Below, in pieces: positions 15,741 through 24,352 of a stretch of DNA of 64,000 nt (the first letter of the stretch is position 1; each line of letters opens with the position of its first letter). Location of the stretch: positions 27,949-91,948 of IMG/VR virus record IMGVR_UViG_3300010002_000010. The stretch is one strand, 5' to 3'. The position numbers and the translations under genes are program-made. Below the pieces are notes generated by a model. It had not been told where the DNA came from and did not search any database. It saw only the letters and a list, made by a program, of their open reading frames with translations. This DNA comes from a virus. Taxonomy: Duplodnaviria; Heunggongvirae; Uroviricota; Caudoviricetes.

Positions 15741-17681
15741 TCAAATGACGCTATCAATATATTTATTGAGGTTATTAGAGATGAAGGCTTTTCGATTTGT
15801 TACGTCGTCTCCCATCCAGTCGTTGATCGAGGCAATCATTTTTTCTGCATCTTCGACAGTAATCTTAATAAGGTTACGTGTTTCTTTGTTCATCGCAGTT
15901 TCCGCCATTACTTCTGGCTCCAATTCTCCCAATCCTTTTACCCGTGAAATTACATATTTACCTTTGATCTTTGGCAATTCCTTATTTTTTTGTGCATCTG
16001 TATAGAAATAAGTCATGGTATCGTCTTCATGTTTAATTTCATAAAGTGGAGTTTGAGCAATATAAATCAAACCAGCACTTAAAAGGTCAGGCATCAATCG
16101 ATAAATCATTGTAATTATAAGCGAAGCAATATGGGCTCCATCCGCATCAGCGTCCGTCGCAATAATAATTTTACCAAAATTTAACTTTTTAATATCGAAT
16201 GAATCAAGATCTTTGTTTTTCTTGTCGCCTTTAATTCCACAACCAAGGATCTTGATTAAATCAACAATAACTTTGTTTGATAGGATCGTTACATAATCAG
16301 TTTTTAGACAGTTGAGGATTTTACCTTTTAATGGATGAGCCGCCTGGAAAACAGAATCACGTGCTTCAACGATCGAGGTTAAAGCGGAATCTCCTTCAGC
16401 CACGAATAGTTCAGCATCTTTACCATGAATATCACAATCGACAAATTTATCAATTTTGTTTCCGATACCTTCAATTTTCTCGCTTAACTGTTTTTTGAGC
16501 TTTGCTTTTGCTTTATCATTGTTTGAGTTAAATTTTTGAACTTCCAATAAATGAGCAACCATCTTTTTAAATTGTTTTTGATCTTGAATAGAAATTACTT
16601 CCATTAAGCTCTCAACATATTCTTTTGCTTGCTTTTTATAAAGGTCTTTATTTGTGCTCAGTTTTGTTTGGTTAGCAAACTCAACGTTATTTGATTCAGT
16701 AATTGCAAGGAATGAAATTGAAGATTCAACATCCTCTTTCTTAAAAGCAGTTACACCTTTAGGGAATAGTTTATTGTCTCGACAATGTTTATTCATAAAT
16801 AACCGGACACCATCAAGGATCCCATCATTAATTGTTCCACCTTCTTCAAGGAAAGTCATATTCAAGTAACTTTCATGAACGGTTGATGGCATTGTGGCAA
16901 TAAAAATATCAAAAGAGTTTTTCTCTTCAACTAGACCGCCATCGACAACTTGAACCTCAGTAACTTTTTCAACTTTACCAAGATTGAAAATTGGAGAAGT
17001 TGCTTCGTTTGAAATCATTTCTTCAAAATACTGTTTAGACGATTCATATAAAAATTCTTTTTCTTCCCCTTCAAAAGAGAAAATAAATTTAATACCCAAA
17101 GCACCAACCGCAAAATGTTGTACAATCTCTTCAATCAAATGCTTTTCAAATACAGTGTTCGTATAAATTGATTTATCCAAAACAAATGAGAACTTAGATC
17201 CTGTGTAGATTCCGCGGTAATTTGCTTTTGTTAACTCTCCATCTAAATAGCCACCGTTTACAAATTTAATTTTGTGGTGAGTACTGTTATAGAATGAGTC
17301 AACTTCGAATAATTCAGAAGTATAACAAATTGCGGTATTACCAACACCGTTTGTTCCGGTGCTTGCACGATCGGTAACATCATATTTGGTTCCGGCAAAC
17401 AGTGTTAAAAACAATAGTTCATAGTTTGGAATACCATCTGTTTCACCGTCAATTGGAATCCCTCGACCATTATCTTCAACAGTGATCTTTCGCAATTCGC
17501 CGTCATGTTCGCTTAATGTTACTTTTACAGTAGGATCCTGTTGTTTATTATTCCGAAGTTCATCGGCGGCGTTTGCAATTGTTTCTTTGATTGGATGATA
17601 GAAATTATCACGGGATCCAAACCAAATACTTAATTTTTCACGAGCTTGACTTCTGTCATCTAGTTTTCTGATCTTATCCAC
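15741..17681 (-). CDS. type II DNA topoisomerase, ATPase subunit (GyrB/ParE homolog, T4 gp39-like)
   Basis: GHKL ATPase signature (EDNGRGIP) and TOPRIM (AEGDSAL); 646 aa. Confidence 0.85.
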   Translation of the reverse strand: MDKIRKLDDRSQAREKLSIWFGSRDNFYHPIKETIANAADELRNNKQQDPTVKVTLSEHDGELRKITVEDNGRGIPIDGETDGIPNYELLFLTLFAGTKYDVTDRASTGTNGVGNTAICYTSELFEVDSFYNSTHHKIKFVNGGYLDGELTKANYRGIYTGSKFSFVLDKSIYTNTVFEKHLIEEIVQHFAVGALGIKFIFSFEGEEKEFLYESSKQYFEEMISNEATSPIFNLGKVEKVTEVQVVDGGLVEEKNSFDIFIATMPSTVHESYLNMTFLEEGGTINDGILDGVRLFMNKHCRDNKLFPKGVTAFKKEDVESSISFLAITESNNVEFANQTKLSTNKDLYKKQAKEYVESLMEVISIQDQKQFKKMVAHLLEVQKFNSNNDKAKAKLKKQLSEKIEGIGNKIDKFVDCDIHGKDAELFVAEGDSALTSIVEARDSVFQAAHPLKGKILNCLKTDYVTILSNKVIVDLIKILGCGIKGDKKNKDLDSFDIKKLNFGKIIIATDADADGAHIASLIITMIYRLMPDLLSAGLIYIAQTPLYEIKHEDDTMTYFYTDAQKNKELPKIKGKYVISRVKGLGELEPEVMAETAMNKETRNLIKITVEDAEKMIASINDWMGDDVTNRKAFISNNLNKYIDSVI

Positions 17682-17718
17682 TTACAAAACCCCTTTAAAT
17701 GTTTTTGCTTACTGTTAT

Positions 17719-17750
17719 ATTATACTTAAAAAAAATAAAAAAGAAAGCAA
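17719..17750 (-). promoter_or_regulatory. conserved phage promoter (TATAATATAAcagtaag family) for the GyrB-like gene
   Basis: attata at 17719-17724; terminator aaaggc-cgaa-gccttt at 17752-17772. Confidence 0.55.
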
Positions 17751-17770
17751 AATAAAAAGGCCGAAGCCTT

Positions 17771-18103
17771 TTATTTTTGATCTTCTTTACAAAATTCGCA
17801 ATCATCTGGACCATAAAAGACGGTATTGCATTTAATACAAATATGTGGTATATCTCTAATATCCTCATAAACTTCTAGCACCCATTCTTCTGGGATTCTA
17901 GATAAGTCTGCGGTAATATCGCTTACGGGTTTAATATTATACTCATTTAATGGAATGTAATTAGTATCAACCTCTACTATTTCTCCTGATAGTTCCCATA
18001 ATTTAATTTCGATCGAATCTTCTCCATAATATTCATTAGTTTGGTAATCTGTATGCTCTCTAATATATACTTCTGCAATATCGTCTCTTAATTTAAGCTT
18101 CAC
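17771..18103 (-). CDS. hypothetical protein (110 aa) with a C-terminal Cys4 zinc ribbon
   Basis: CIKCN...CEFC; GTG start with RBS gaggtg. Confidence 0.5.
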   Translation of the reverse strand: MKLKLRDDIAEVYIREHTDYQTNEYYGEDSIEIKLWELSGEIVEVDTNYIPLNEYNIKPVSDITADLSRIPEEWVLEVYEDIRDIPHICIKCNTVFYGPDDCEFCKEDQK

Positions 18104-18212
18104 GTTTTTTCACCTCGTTTTCTTGTTAATTTAATTATAACTTGTATCGATACGCACGTATACTTTTATTGCACAAAAAAAGGAGATATTATCTCCTAAT
18201 TAGGCAAATATT

Positions 18213-18479
18213 TTATTTTTTAAGGTTACCTTGAATTTCAACCTGCCACTCGTGCATCTCATCTTTTGCAATATAGAAACGAGTTTTGCATTCATTACAT
18301 TGGACAGTTCGTTTTCCGCGTTCCATTAAATAAACAAATGGTGAGGAGATCATTAATAGCGGTCCAAAAAGCCAACCAATAATTGGAATCCACGAAATTA
18401 AAGCTCCGGTCCAAAAAACAATAGCCCATGCTCTAATTACCACTTTGATTTTATTTGATTGACAGTTTGGACAGTTCAT
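18213..18479 (-). CDS. hypothetical membrane protein with two CxxC motifs (88 aa)
   Basis: CPNC...CNEC and one TM; RBS aggagg. Confidence 0.5.
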   Translation of the reverse strand: MNCPNCQSNKIKVVIRAWAIVFWTGALISWIPIIGWLFGPLLMISSPFVYLMERGKRTVQCNECKTRFYIAKDEMHEWQVEIQGNLKK

Positions 18480-18550
18480 AATAAATTCCTCCTATTTTTT
18501 TATCTATATAATATATTTCACCTAATGTGAACATATTTAAACATTTAATT

Positions 18551-18766
18551 TTAATTTTTTAGCATTTTTTCCATCTTTTTATAGCCTTCAGCGTTAGTTT
18601 TTTCATCAAAGCCGCGAAAATCTGTTTTTGCTGGATAAACGCTAATAATATCGCCTTCTTTATTTGATTCAAAAACAATAACCCATCCAAAAGTATGAAT
18701 AATCATATTGATCCACCACAATAAACCAGCGTCTTTAAATTCTTTCCAGGTTTTTTTCTCGATCAT
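18551..18766 (-). CDS. hypothetical protein (71 aa)
   Basis: ORF in an operon. Confidence 0.45.
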   Translation of the reverse strand: MIEKKTWKEFKDAGLLWWINMIIHTFGWVIVFESNKEGDIISVYPAKTDFRGFDEKTNAEGYKKMEKMLKN

Positions 18767-19005
18767 TATAATAACCCCGATTCTTTGAGTTCAATAAATT
18801 CAACAATAGAAAGATCTGAAATTAATACTTGTGAAAACGGAATTTCTGTAATTGACGAAATATAGCAGTGCGGGTTTCCATTTTCATATCTGTAAGGAGA
18901 TTTTTTTTCAAGCTCATATTTTACCAAACCTTTATTGACGGCCAAAATAATAATGCTTTCTCCTTCGCGGCTTCTTGAATTATAAAAAACTTTGTAAGCA
19001 TTCAT
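18766..19005 (-). CDS. hypothetical protein (79 aa)
   Basis: RBS ggaggt. Confidence 0.5.
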   Translation of the reverse strand: MNAYKVFYNSRSREGESIIILAVNKGLVKYELEKKSPYRYENGNPHCYISSITEIPFSQVLISDLSIVEFIELKESGLL

Positions 19006-19270
19006 TTAATGACCTCCGCTTTTTACTTAAAAGTTTAAGATCAGTTGATTTGTGTGTTAAAGACATTTTTGATTTACGCCCATTTTCATATTTATATTCT
19101 GCATAAACACTTATCCATAAGACAGGTTTCACACCTGTTCGTATATCCGTTACTTTACCAATTGTTCCCACTCTATGACCACAGTTAGAATTTAGTTTAA
19201 CAAGCACCTGATCCCCAATTTTAAATTTTTGGTATGATAGTCCAAGCTTCTTTTTTAAGCGTTTTTTCAT
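18980..19270 (-). CDS. hypothetical protein (96 aa)
   Basis: RBS aaaggagat. Confidence 0.5.
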   Translation of the reverse strand: MKKRLKKKLGLSYQKFKIGDQVLVKLNSNCGHRVGTIGKVTDIRTGVKPVLWISVYAEYKYENGRKSKMSLTHKSTDLKLLSKKRRSLNECLQSFL

Positions 19271-19395
19271 TTTAATTATCTCCTTTTAAAATCAAATTTT
19301 TATTAATCGCGTTTTTTATAAAAATCACGTTCTAATAAGATTAAACAACTTGCAAGCACTATCAAAAAGAGACCCATGTTGCCCTCCTATAAAAT

Positions 19396-19650
19396 TTACT
19401 TTTTACGTTTCTTTTGAAATTTGTAAGGATCAATATCGAATTGCTTTTTTGCTTTTATATCCCAGTTAAGTTTTCTAATAATCCAATCTTCAAATCTTCC
19501 GCACATTTTTTCGATCCATAAAAATAACAACCAGCAAACATAACCAACCCCCGCCACTAAAAGAAGAGGAGAACATAAAATAAGGCGGATCCATAAAAGT
19601 GAAAGGTCTAAAACCTTATACCTGCGTAATTTGGTCGTAATCATTAACAT
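19396..19650 (-). CDS. hypothetical membrane protein (84 aa)
   Basis: One TM; RBS ggagagg. Confidence 0.5.
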   Translation of the reverse strand: MLMITTKLRRYKVLDLSLLWIRLILCSPLLLVAGVGYVCWLLFLWIEKMCGRFEDWIIRKLNWDIKAKKQFDIDPYKFQKKRKK

Positions 19651-19651
19651 A

Positions 19652-19984
19652 CTAATTATCCTCTCCGTGTTTGGTCACTGTGTAGATTTTTCCGTTTTGA
19701 TCTGTAATTTCATATCCTTTTTCATATACTTCATTAAAATCGGTGATTGTAACCTCATATTCATAAACCATTTCGCGGTCTAATGATGTATTGTAACCTA
19801 AAAATAAAACAACAGCGAGAACGATAAAAAACAATGATATGGGGATTAAAGCATATTCTTCTTCTTTAAATGCTTCAATAATCATAGCGACCACCAAACC
19901 TAAGAAAGCTATTCCAATAATTAAACAAAATATACCAAGAATAGGGTGAAAAGAGTAATACTCTGTTTTTGATAAGATTTCCAT
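19652..19984 (-). CDS. hypothetical membrane protein (110 aa)
   Basis: Two TMs; RBS aaggagg. Confidence 0.5.
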   Translation of the reverse strand: MEILSKTEYYSFHPILGIFCLIIGIAFLGLVVAMIIEAFKEEEYALIPISLFFIVLAVVLFLGYNTSLDREMVYEYEVTITDFNEVYEKGYEITDQNGKIYTVTKHGEDN

Positions 19985-19996
19985 TTCTATTCCTCC

Positions 19997-20368
19997 TTAA
20001 AAAATATGGCCTTCAGAGATTAAACGCTTGCGGAATTTTTTATCTAATTCCTTATATTTTTTAAATTCAGCTTCCTCTTTTTTCTTTTCTTCCGCAATTT
20101 TAATTTCATCTGCAACATCTTTTAAGATACCTGGTTTTTGATTCTCAATATCGTTGAACAAATACTTTTCATCTTTAAGTTCCCTTTTTGCTTGGCTAAA
20201 ATTTAAAACTCGAAGATCAGCTTCTTCTCTTGATGAATTCCATTGCGATCCAATAAAAATTAATTCATCTTCTGTCGTGGATAAAACAAAAACATTGTCA
20301 TTCCAGCTTTCTATTGCGAATGCAATTGTTTTTCCTTTTAGGTTGTCTAGATCGTCAATGATTTTCAT
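19997..20368 (-). CDS. hypothetical protein (123 aa)
   Basis: RBS aaaggagg. Confidence 0.55.
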   Translation of the reverse strand: MKIIDDLDNLKGKTIAFAIESWNDNVFVLSTTEDELIFIGSQWNSSREEADLRVLNFSQAKRELKDEKYLFNDIENQKPGILKDVADEIKIAEEKKKEEAEFKKYKELDKKFRKRLISEGHIF

Positions 20369-20405
20369 CTTAATTCCTCCTTTTAATTTTACAAATATAA
20401 TTAAT

Positions 20406-20546
20406 TTATTTGTTTTCTAGCCATTTAATAAGCGCATCAATATCTTTTTTATTACCCCAAGAAAATGTTTTTGGTCTTACCTCTAAAAGATATTCTTTTA
20501 GCTTTGTTTCTAAATAGTCCAAATATTCATTGGTATATTCTTTCAT
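20406..20546 (-). CDS. small hypothetical protein (46 aa); not in the ORF track
   Basis: RBS aaaggaag with 7-nt spacing; preceded by the GC-rich element at 20577-20716. Confidence 0.35.
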   Translation of the reverse strand: MKEYTNEYLDYLETKLKEYLLEVRPKTFSWGNKKDIDALIKWLENK

Positions 20547-20576
20547 GTCTATTCTTCCTTTCTTTTATAAAATTTC

Positions 20577-20716
20577 CATTTTATTCTATATAAATATATA
20601 CAGTTTGATCTGTATCGCACCATTTTAGCCCTGTATGGCTTCCGGAGCACTTTGAGTTGGCTGGTCTGTAAAATATAGCCTCCGGAGATCACACAGGACG
20701 ATCTGGAGCGAGGTTT
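20577..20716 (-). ncRNA. GC-rich structured intercistronic element E1 (~140 nt), homologous to 42996-43135
   Basis: Shared blocks TTATTCT..., TAGCCCTGTATGGC and CACACAGGACGATCTGGAGC; internal inverted repeats (TCCGGAG/CTCCGGA); stands out in AT-rich DNA. Confidence 0.5.
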
Positions 20717-21319
20717 TTATTTAAGTGTCATTTTTTCAAAACATTTGTCACAAATTGACAAATATGATGATTTTGCCTCGAGGAAAGTATCGCCATCTGT
20801 TACAACATGACCATCAATGATCCGAGCATTGTTTTCGGCGTAATCCAAGCAGTCTGGCATTTGACACTCTGTTACAATGAACTCAATTTTAGGTCGAGCC
20901 TTAATCAAGGTAGTAATTGCTGGGAATTGCTCATTTTTAAAATCTCGATCTAATCCATAAATCTTTGTATTAAGATTTTTAATTTTTGTCCATTCAATAA
21001 TAATCTCCATTTGATCTGGTGTTAAAAATTGAGCTTCATCAATTAAAACGGTTGAATTTTCTTTGATTCTTGAAAGATACACATTTAAAAAAACAACGCC
21101 TTCTTTTGAATTAATTGGAATGGCGGCGACTTCTCTTCCGTCTCGAGAAGTAATTTTTGTAAAATCAAGTGATACACTGTATGAATCTAGCGATCCAGCA
21201 AACAACCAAATCATTTCTATTTTGGTGTTTTTAGAAAGATCTGTTAAATAATCAATTAATTGCTTTGTCTTTCCCGCGCCCATTAAACCTGTAATGAAAT
21301 GTAAATTTTTGTTTTCCAT
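20717..21319 (-). CDS. tdk: thymidine kinase
   Basis: P-loop GLMGAGKT, VLIDEAQF and C-terminal Cys pairs; start set to the ATG at 21319 (7 nt from ggag). Confidence 0.85.
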   Translation of the reverse strand: MENKNLHFITGLMGAGKTKQLIDYLTDLSKNTKIEMIWLFAGSLDSYSVSLDFTKITSRDGREVAAIPINSKEGVVFLNVYLSRIKENSTVLIDEAQFLTPDQMEIIIEWTKIKNLNTKIYGLDRDFKNEQFPAITTLIKARPKIEFIVTECQMPDCLDYAENNARIIDGHVVTDGDTFLEAKSSYLSICDKCFEKMTLK

Positions 21320-21403
21320 CATCAATCTCCTATCAAAGTGCTTTATTCCTTACATTTATATTATACTTGATCTTTCAAAATGAGAAAGAAAAATAAAAAA
21401 AAA

Positions 21404-21580
21404 TTAGAGGATTTTCTTTTCCTCTAACTTTTTTACAATTTCATCTGGATCAACAGGTAGGATCTCATTATAAACGCGGAAATACCTCGTTCTCAAGCAT
21501 TTTACATATTCATCATAAGGTTGATCCTTTGTCATTATACCTTTGTTTTTCATTTGTTCAATTCTTTCCCGTGAGTTCAT
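21404..21580 (-). CDS. small hypothetical protein (58 aa); not in the ORF track
   Basis: Strong RBS gaggagg with 7-nt spacing; a terminator hairpin overlaps its stop codon. Confidence 0.4.
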   Translation of the reverse strand: MNSRERIEQMKNKGIMTKDQPYDEYVKCLRTRYFRVYNEILPVDPDEIVKKLEEKKIL

Positions 21581-21621
21581 TGCAGATCCTCCTCATATTT
21601 TTTTGAAAAAAAGAGCGCGGC

Positions 21622-22686
21622 TTAAGCCACACTCCAATATTTTTTTGCACGTCGTAATGCTTCAGGTAAAACATGAGTCATTTCGAGCATTTCTAAAAGT
21701 TCAATGAGGATCTCTTTTCTGTTTGCATTGTTTTTTACAAGTTTTGGTTCGACTTTATGGGCAATTGCAAATTCAATCATGCGATGTGTAACTTCGACCC
21801 AAAGCTTAATTTCTTTAAAATCGACTGATCCGTGATGTCCGCGAAATTCAACAGTACCATATTTCACATACTTGTTAAGTGTAATTGAGCGATATTTTTG
21901 TCCAAATAAGCTTTGAAGCTTTGTTAATCTTAAGTTTGAATCTTCTAGTTGTAAAATTTCGTCGTCAATCATTCCACGGTTTGTAATTGGTTCGCAATAA
22001 CGAGTTGTCCAGCGATCTTTTTTCAAAAGAAGCGATAATCCTTTTTGATAGCGTCCAAATAGTGCAAAGAAACTTAACAATTGATTTCCGTCTAAATCTG
22101 AAATGTCGTGATGCACATGTAAACCGGTTTTTTTAGTTCCTTTACAGCCAATTCCTTTAAGTGCGGAAGTAACTTTTTCCAGCGCTTTAAAGTCATTGAT
22201 CGGAGGCGAGACAACTTCCCAGCCTTGGATTGATCCGTCCGGCTGTACTTCCCACGTTTTTCCTGCAGGACACGAAGAATATCGATCAGATTTTACGGGA
22301 ACTCCAACGTTATTGATAGCGTCGACTAACTGACTACTACGTAAGTTTGTCGTCACTTCAAGTTCCACACCAAATTTCATTTTCCGATTTGCCCATGCTG
22401 GATTGATAATCTCAACACTTGAAGCTGTTACAACTTCAGACTCGATCGGAATTGAAAATTTGTTTGAAAACGGTGCAGGCAATCCATCAACGAATGAGAA
22501 CAAATATCCTCCAGTTGTGTATTTCCGTCCGGCTTTCGTTGGAATATTCTGTGCTAATGATTTATGAACCCAATCAAAATGACAGATACCATTTTCTTTT
22601 GACCACTTACATGCTTCAAGAACAGAGTCAAAAACTTTGATCTCGTTACCCATGTGTGTCAATCGAACCGCGCGTTTTTTATTCAT
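21622..22686 (-). CDS. glutamine-synthetase-like amidoligase (Amidoligase_2 family) with a ~100-aa N-terminal extension
   Basis: Ordered motifs FGVELEV, EVQPDGS, GWEVVSPP, GLHVHHD and TVEFRGHHGS match the family signature as I recall it; the N-terminal GNEIKVFDSVLEACK...GGYLF segment resembles a NUMOD1-type HTH. Confidence 0.55.
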   Translation of the reverse strand: MNKKRAVRLTHMGNEIKVFDSVLEACKWSKENGICHFDWVHKSLAQNIPTKAGRKYTTGGYLFSFVDGLPAPFSNKFSIPIESEVVTASSVEIINPAWANRKMKFGVELEVTTNLRSSQLVDAINNVGVPVKSDRYSSCPAGKTWEVQPDGSIQGWEVVSPPINDFKALEKVTSALKGIGCKGTKKTGLHVHHDISDLDGNQLLSFFALFGRYQKGLSLLLKKDRWTTRYCEPITNRGMIDDEILQLEDSNLRLTKLQSLFGQKYRSITLNKYVKYGTVEFRGHHGSVDFKEIKLWVEVTHRMIEFAIAHKVEPKLVKNNANRKEILIELLEMLEMTHVLPEALRRAKKYWSVA

Positions 22687-22811
22687 TTGTCAAATACCTC
22701 AGCTTTCATGATAAAATATTTTTCCTTATAAATATATTATACCACAGTTGAGCAAAAAAGTGAACTCTTTTCTTAAATTAGGTTTACTTTAATTTTATTT
22801 TTTCAAAAAAA

Positions 22812-23438
22812 TTATTCTAAATATGAAGATTTAATAATGTCTTGGAGATGAGTTTTTAAGACTCGAATCCGAGAATGAGCCGCCTGTGTGGTAATGCCCT
22901 TAGCCTCCGCATAATCGACAACGGCATTTTTCTTTCGATCAAGGATCAACTCGAGAAGTTCCTTGTCTTTGTCTTTGATGAGAGCGTTTTCAATAATGGA
23001 CAATAGCTCTTTTCCATCATATGTTGATTCAACTGAATCTGATCCATCAATCAAAAGATCTTGTAACTCATCAGCAGACTCTGCTTCCGAAGTAACAACT
23101 TCTTTATTTAGTGAAATTTCTTTTCCGTGATCTTCTCGTTTTTTAGCTTTTGTTGGCTGAAGCACCTTGTCTCGGGCGCGATTCATTCTGTGGTGTAAGT
23201 AAGTTGAAAAACAATTTCCGGTAGTTGAATCATACCGATCATAGGCTACCCAAAGTTGCAAGAAAAATTCTTGTCGCATGTCTTCTTCATTGTATCGATT
23301 GAAAAACATGTTCTTATTCATATCGTGAACATTTTTCTCAATAAGAGGAATAAACATTTCGTGGACTTCTTCATATGTCAAATCTTTTAAAACTTTCTTG
23401 CCATCTTCCATAATGTAAAGCTTCTTTGTTTGATCCAT
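22812..23438 (-). CDS. sigma-70 family RNA polymerase sigma factor
   Basis: Region 2 (FFLQLWVAYDRYD...FSTYLHHRM) and a C-terminal region 4 HTH (GITTQAAHSRIRVLKTHL). Confidence 0.8.
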   Translation of the reverse strand: MDQTKKLYIMEDGKKVLKDLTYEEVHEMFIPLIEKNVHDMNKNMFFNRYNEEDMRQEFFLQLWVAYDRYDSTTGNCFSTYLHHRMNRARDKVLQPTKAKKREDHGKEISLNKEVVTSEAESADELQDLLIDGSDSVESTYDGKELLSIIENALIKDKDKELLELILDRKKNAVVDYAEAKGITTQAAHSRIRVLKTHLQDIIKSSYLE

Positions 23439-23791
23439 CGTTTATTTTCCCCGTTTCGCGCAGTTGGACGATCTCATTTCATGATCGGAAGCTTGATCGT
23501 GGCTAATTGATCCTGATCTGTTCTTATCAAAATGACTGAAAGCGACTGCTATTTTTATTTTTAATCGGCCTTTTATTTTAAAACGGTTTATCCGTCATAG
23601 CCACAATTAATAAAAAATTCTTGCAGGTTTGGTCAATTTTGATCTTCAAACCTACAAAAATTTTACTATAGCTTAGTCGTTTTAACGATTTCGAAATATT
23701 AAACCTCATAAATTAATAATAAGCCTTTTGACTGCCTTTGTATATAGTAATCAGCTAACTTTTTAAAACAAAGTGAAATATTTTTATAGCT

Positions 23792-24352
23792 TTAAGATTT
23801 GGGCTTAATTTTAAGGCATGAAGATATATTTGGGACGTCATCAACGATCCGGTTGTCTAAAATTGCCTTTAAAACGGAGCAACTGCTCTGCTTTCTCTTA
23901 CATTGATCGCAATTTTTTTCCTTGAAAGCAGAAAATTGTTCTGCACTATCAAAAATTCCAACAGCTTTTGATGGCTCCAATGTTATACTAATACGAGGAT
24001 TTGCTTTGTCAATATATAATCTGTCAATAATTGTCAAAGCTACATCATCATCTACAAAAACACCAGCTTTTACCAAACAGTCCAACATTACCTTTAGGAA
24101 ATTTGATGGATCCTTGCGTTTTCTGTCCAGATAAAAAATCAAATGAATATTTATTAGCTGGCCTTTTGGCGGCTTCTCCCAGCCTTGCTTATAAATTTCA
24201 TCCCGCACATAATTTACGAAAAAATCAGTGTAAATTGTGGTTTGGGTTGACGGATATGCTTGAACAAATGTTTTTCCGCTTTGTCGAGCAACCTTAAAAT
24301 TAAGATAAGAGTTGATTGACGGCGGAATTGGAGAGATTAGTTTAAGCTTCAT
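23792..24352 (-). CDS. rusA: RusA-family Holliday-junction resolvase with a Cys-rich C-terminal extension
   Basis: PIPPSINSYL and DPSNFLKVMLDCLVKAGVFVDDD match RusA motifs. Confidence 0.65.
   Translation of the reverse strand: MKLKLISPIPPSINSYLNFKVARQSGKTFVQAYPSTQTTIYTDFFVNYVRDEIYKQGWEKPPKGQLINIHLIFYLDRKRKDPSNFLKVMLDCLVKAGVFVDDDVALTIIDRLYIDKANPRISITLEPSKAVGIFDSAEQFSAFKEKNCDQCKRKQSSCSVLKAILDNRIVDDVPNISSCLKIKPKS

Noticed and set aside
19284-19377. 24-aa micro-ORF with RBS taggaggg
   Set aside because: It is too short and there is no supporting evidence.
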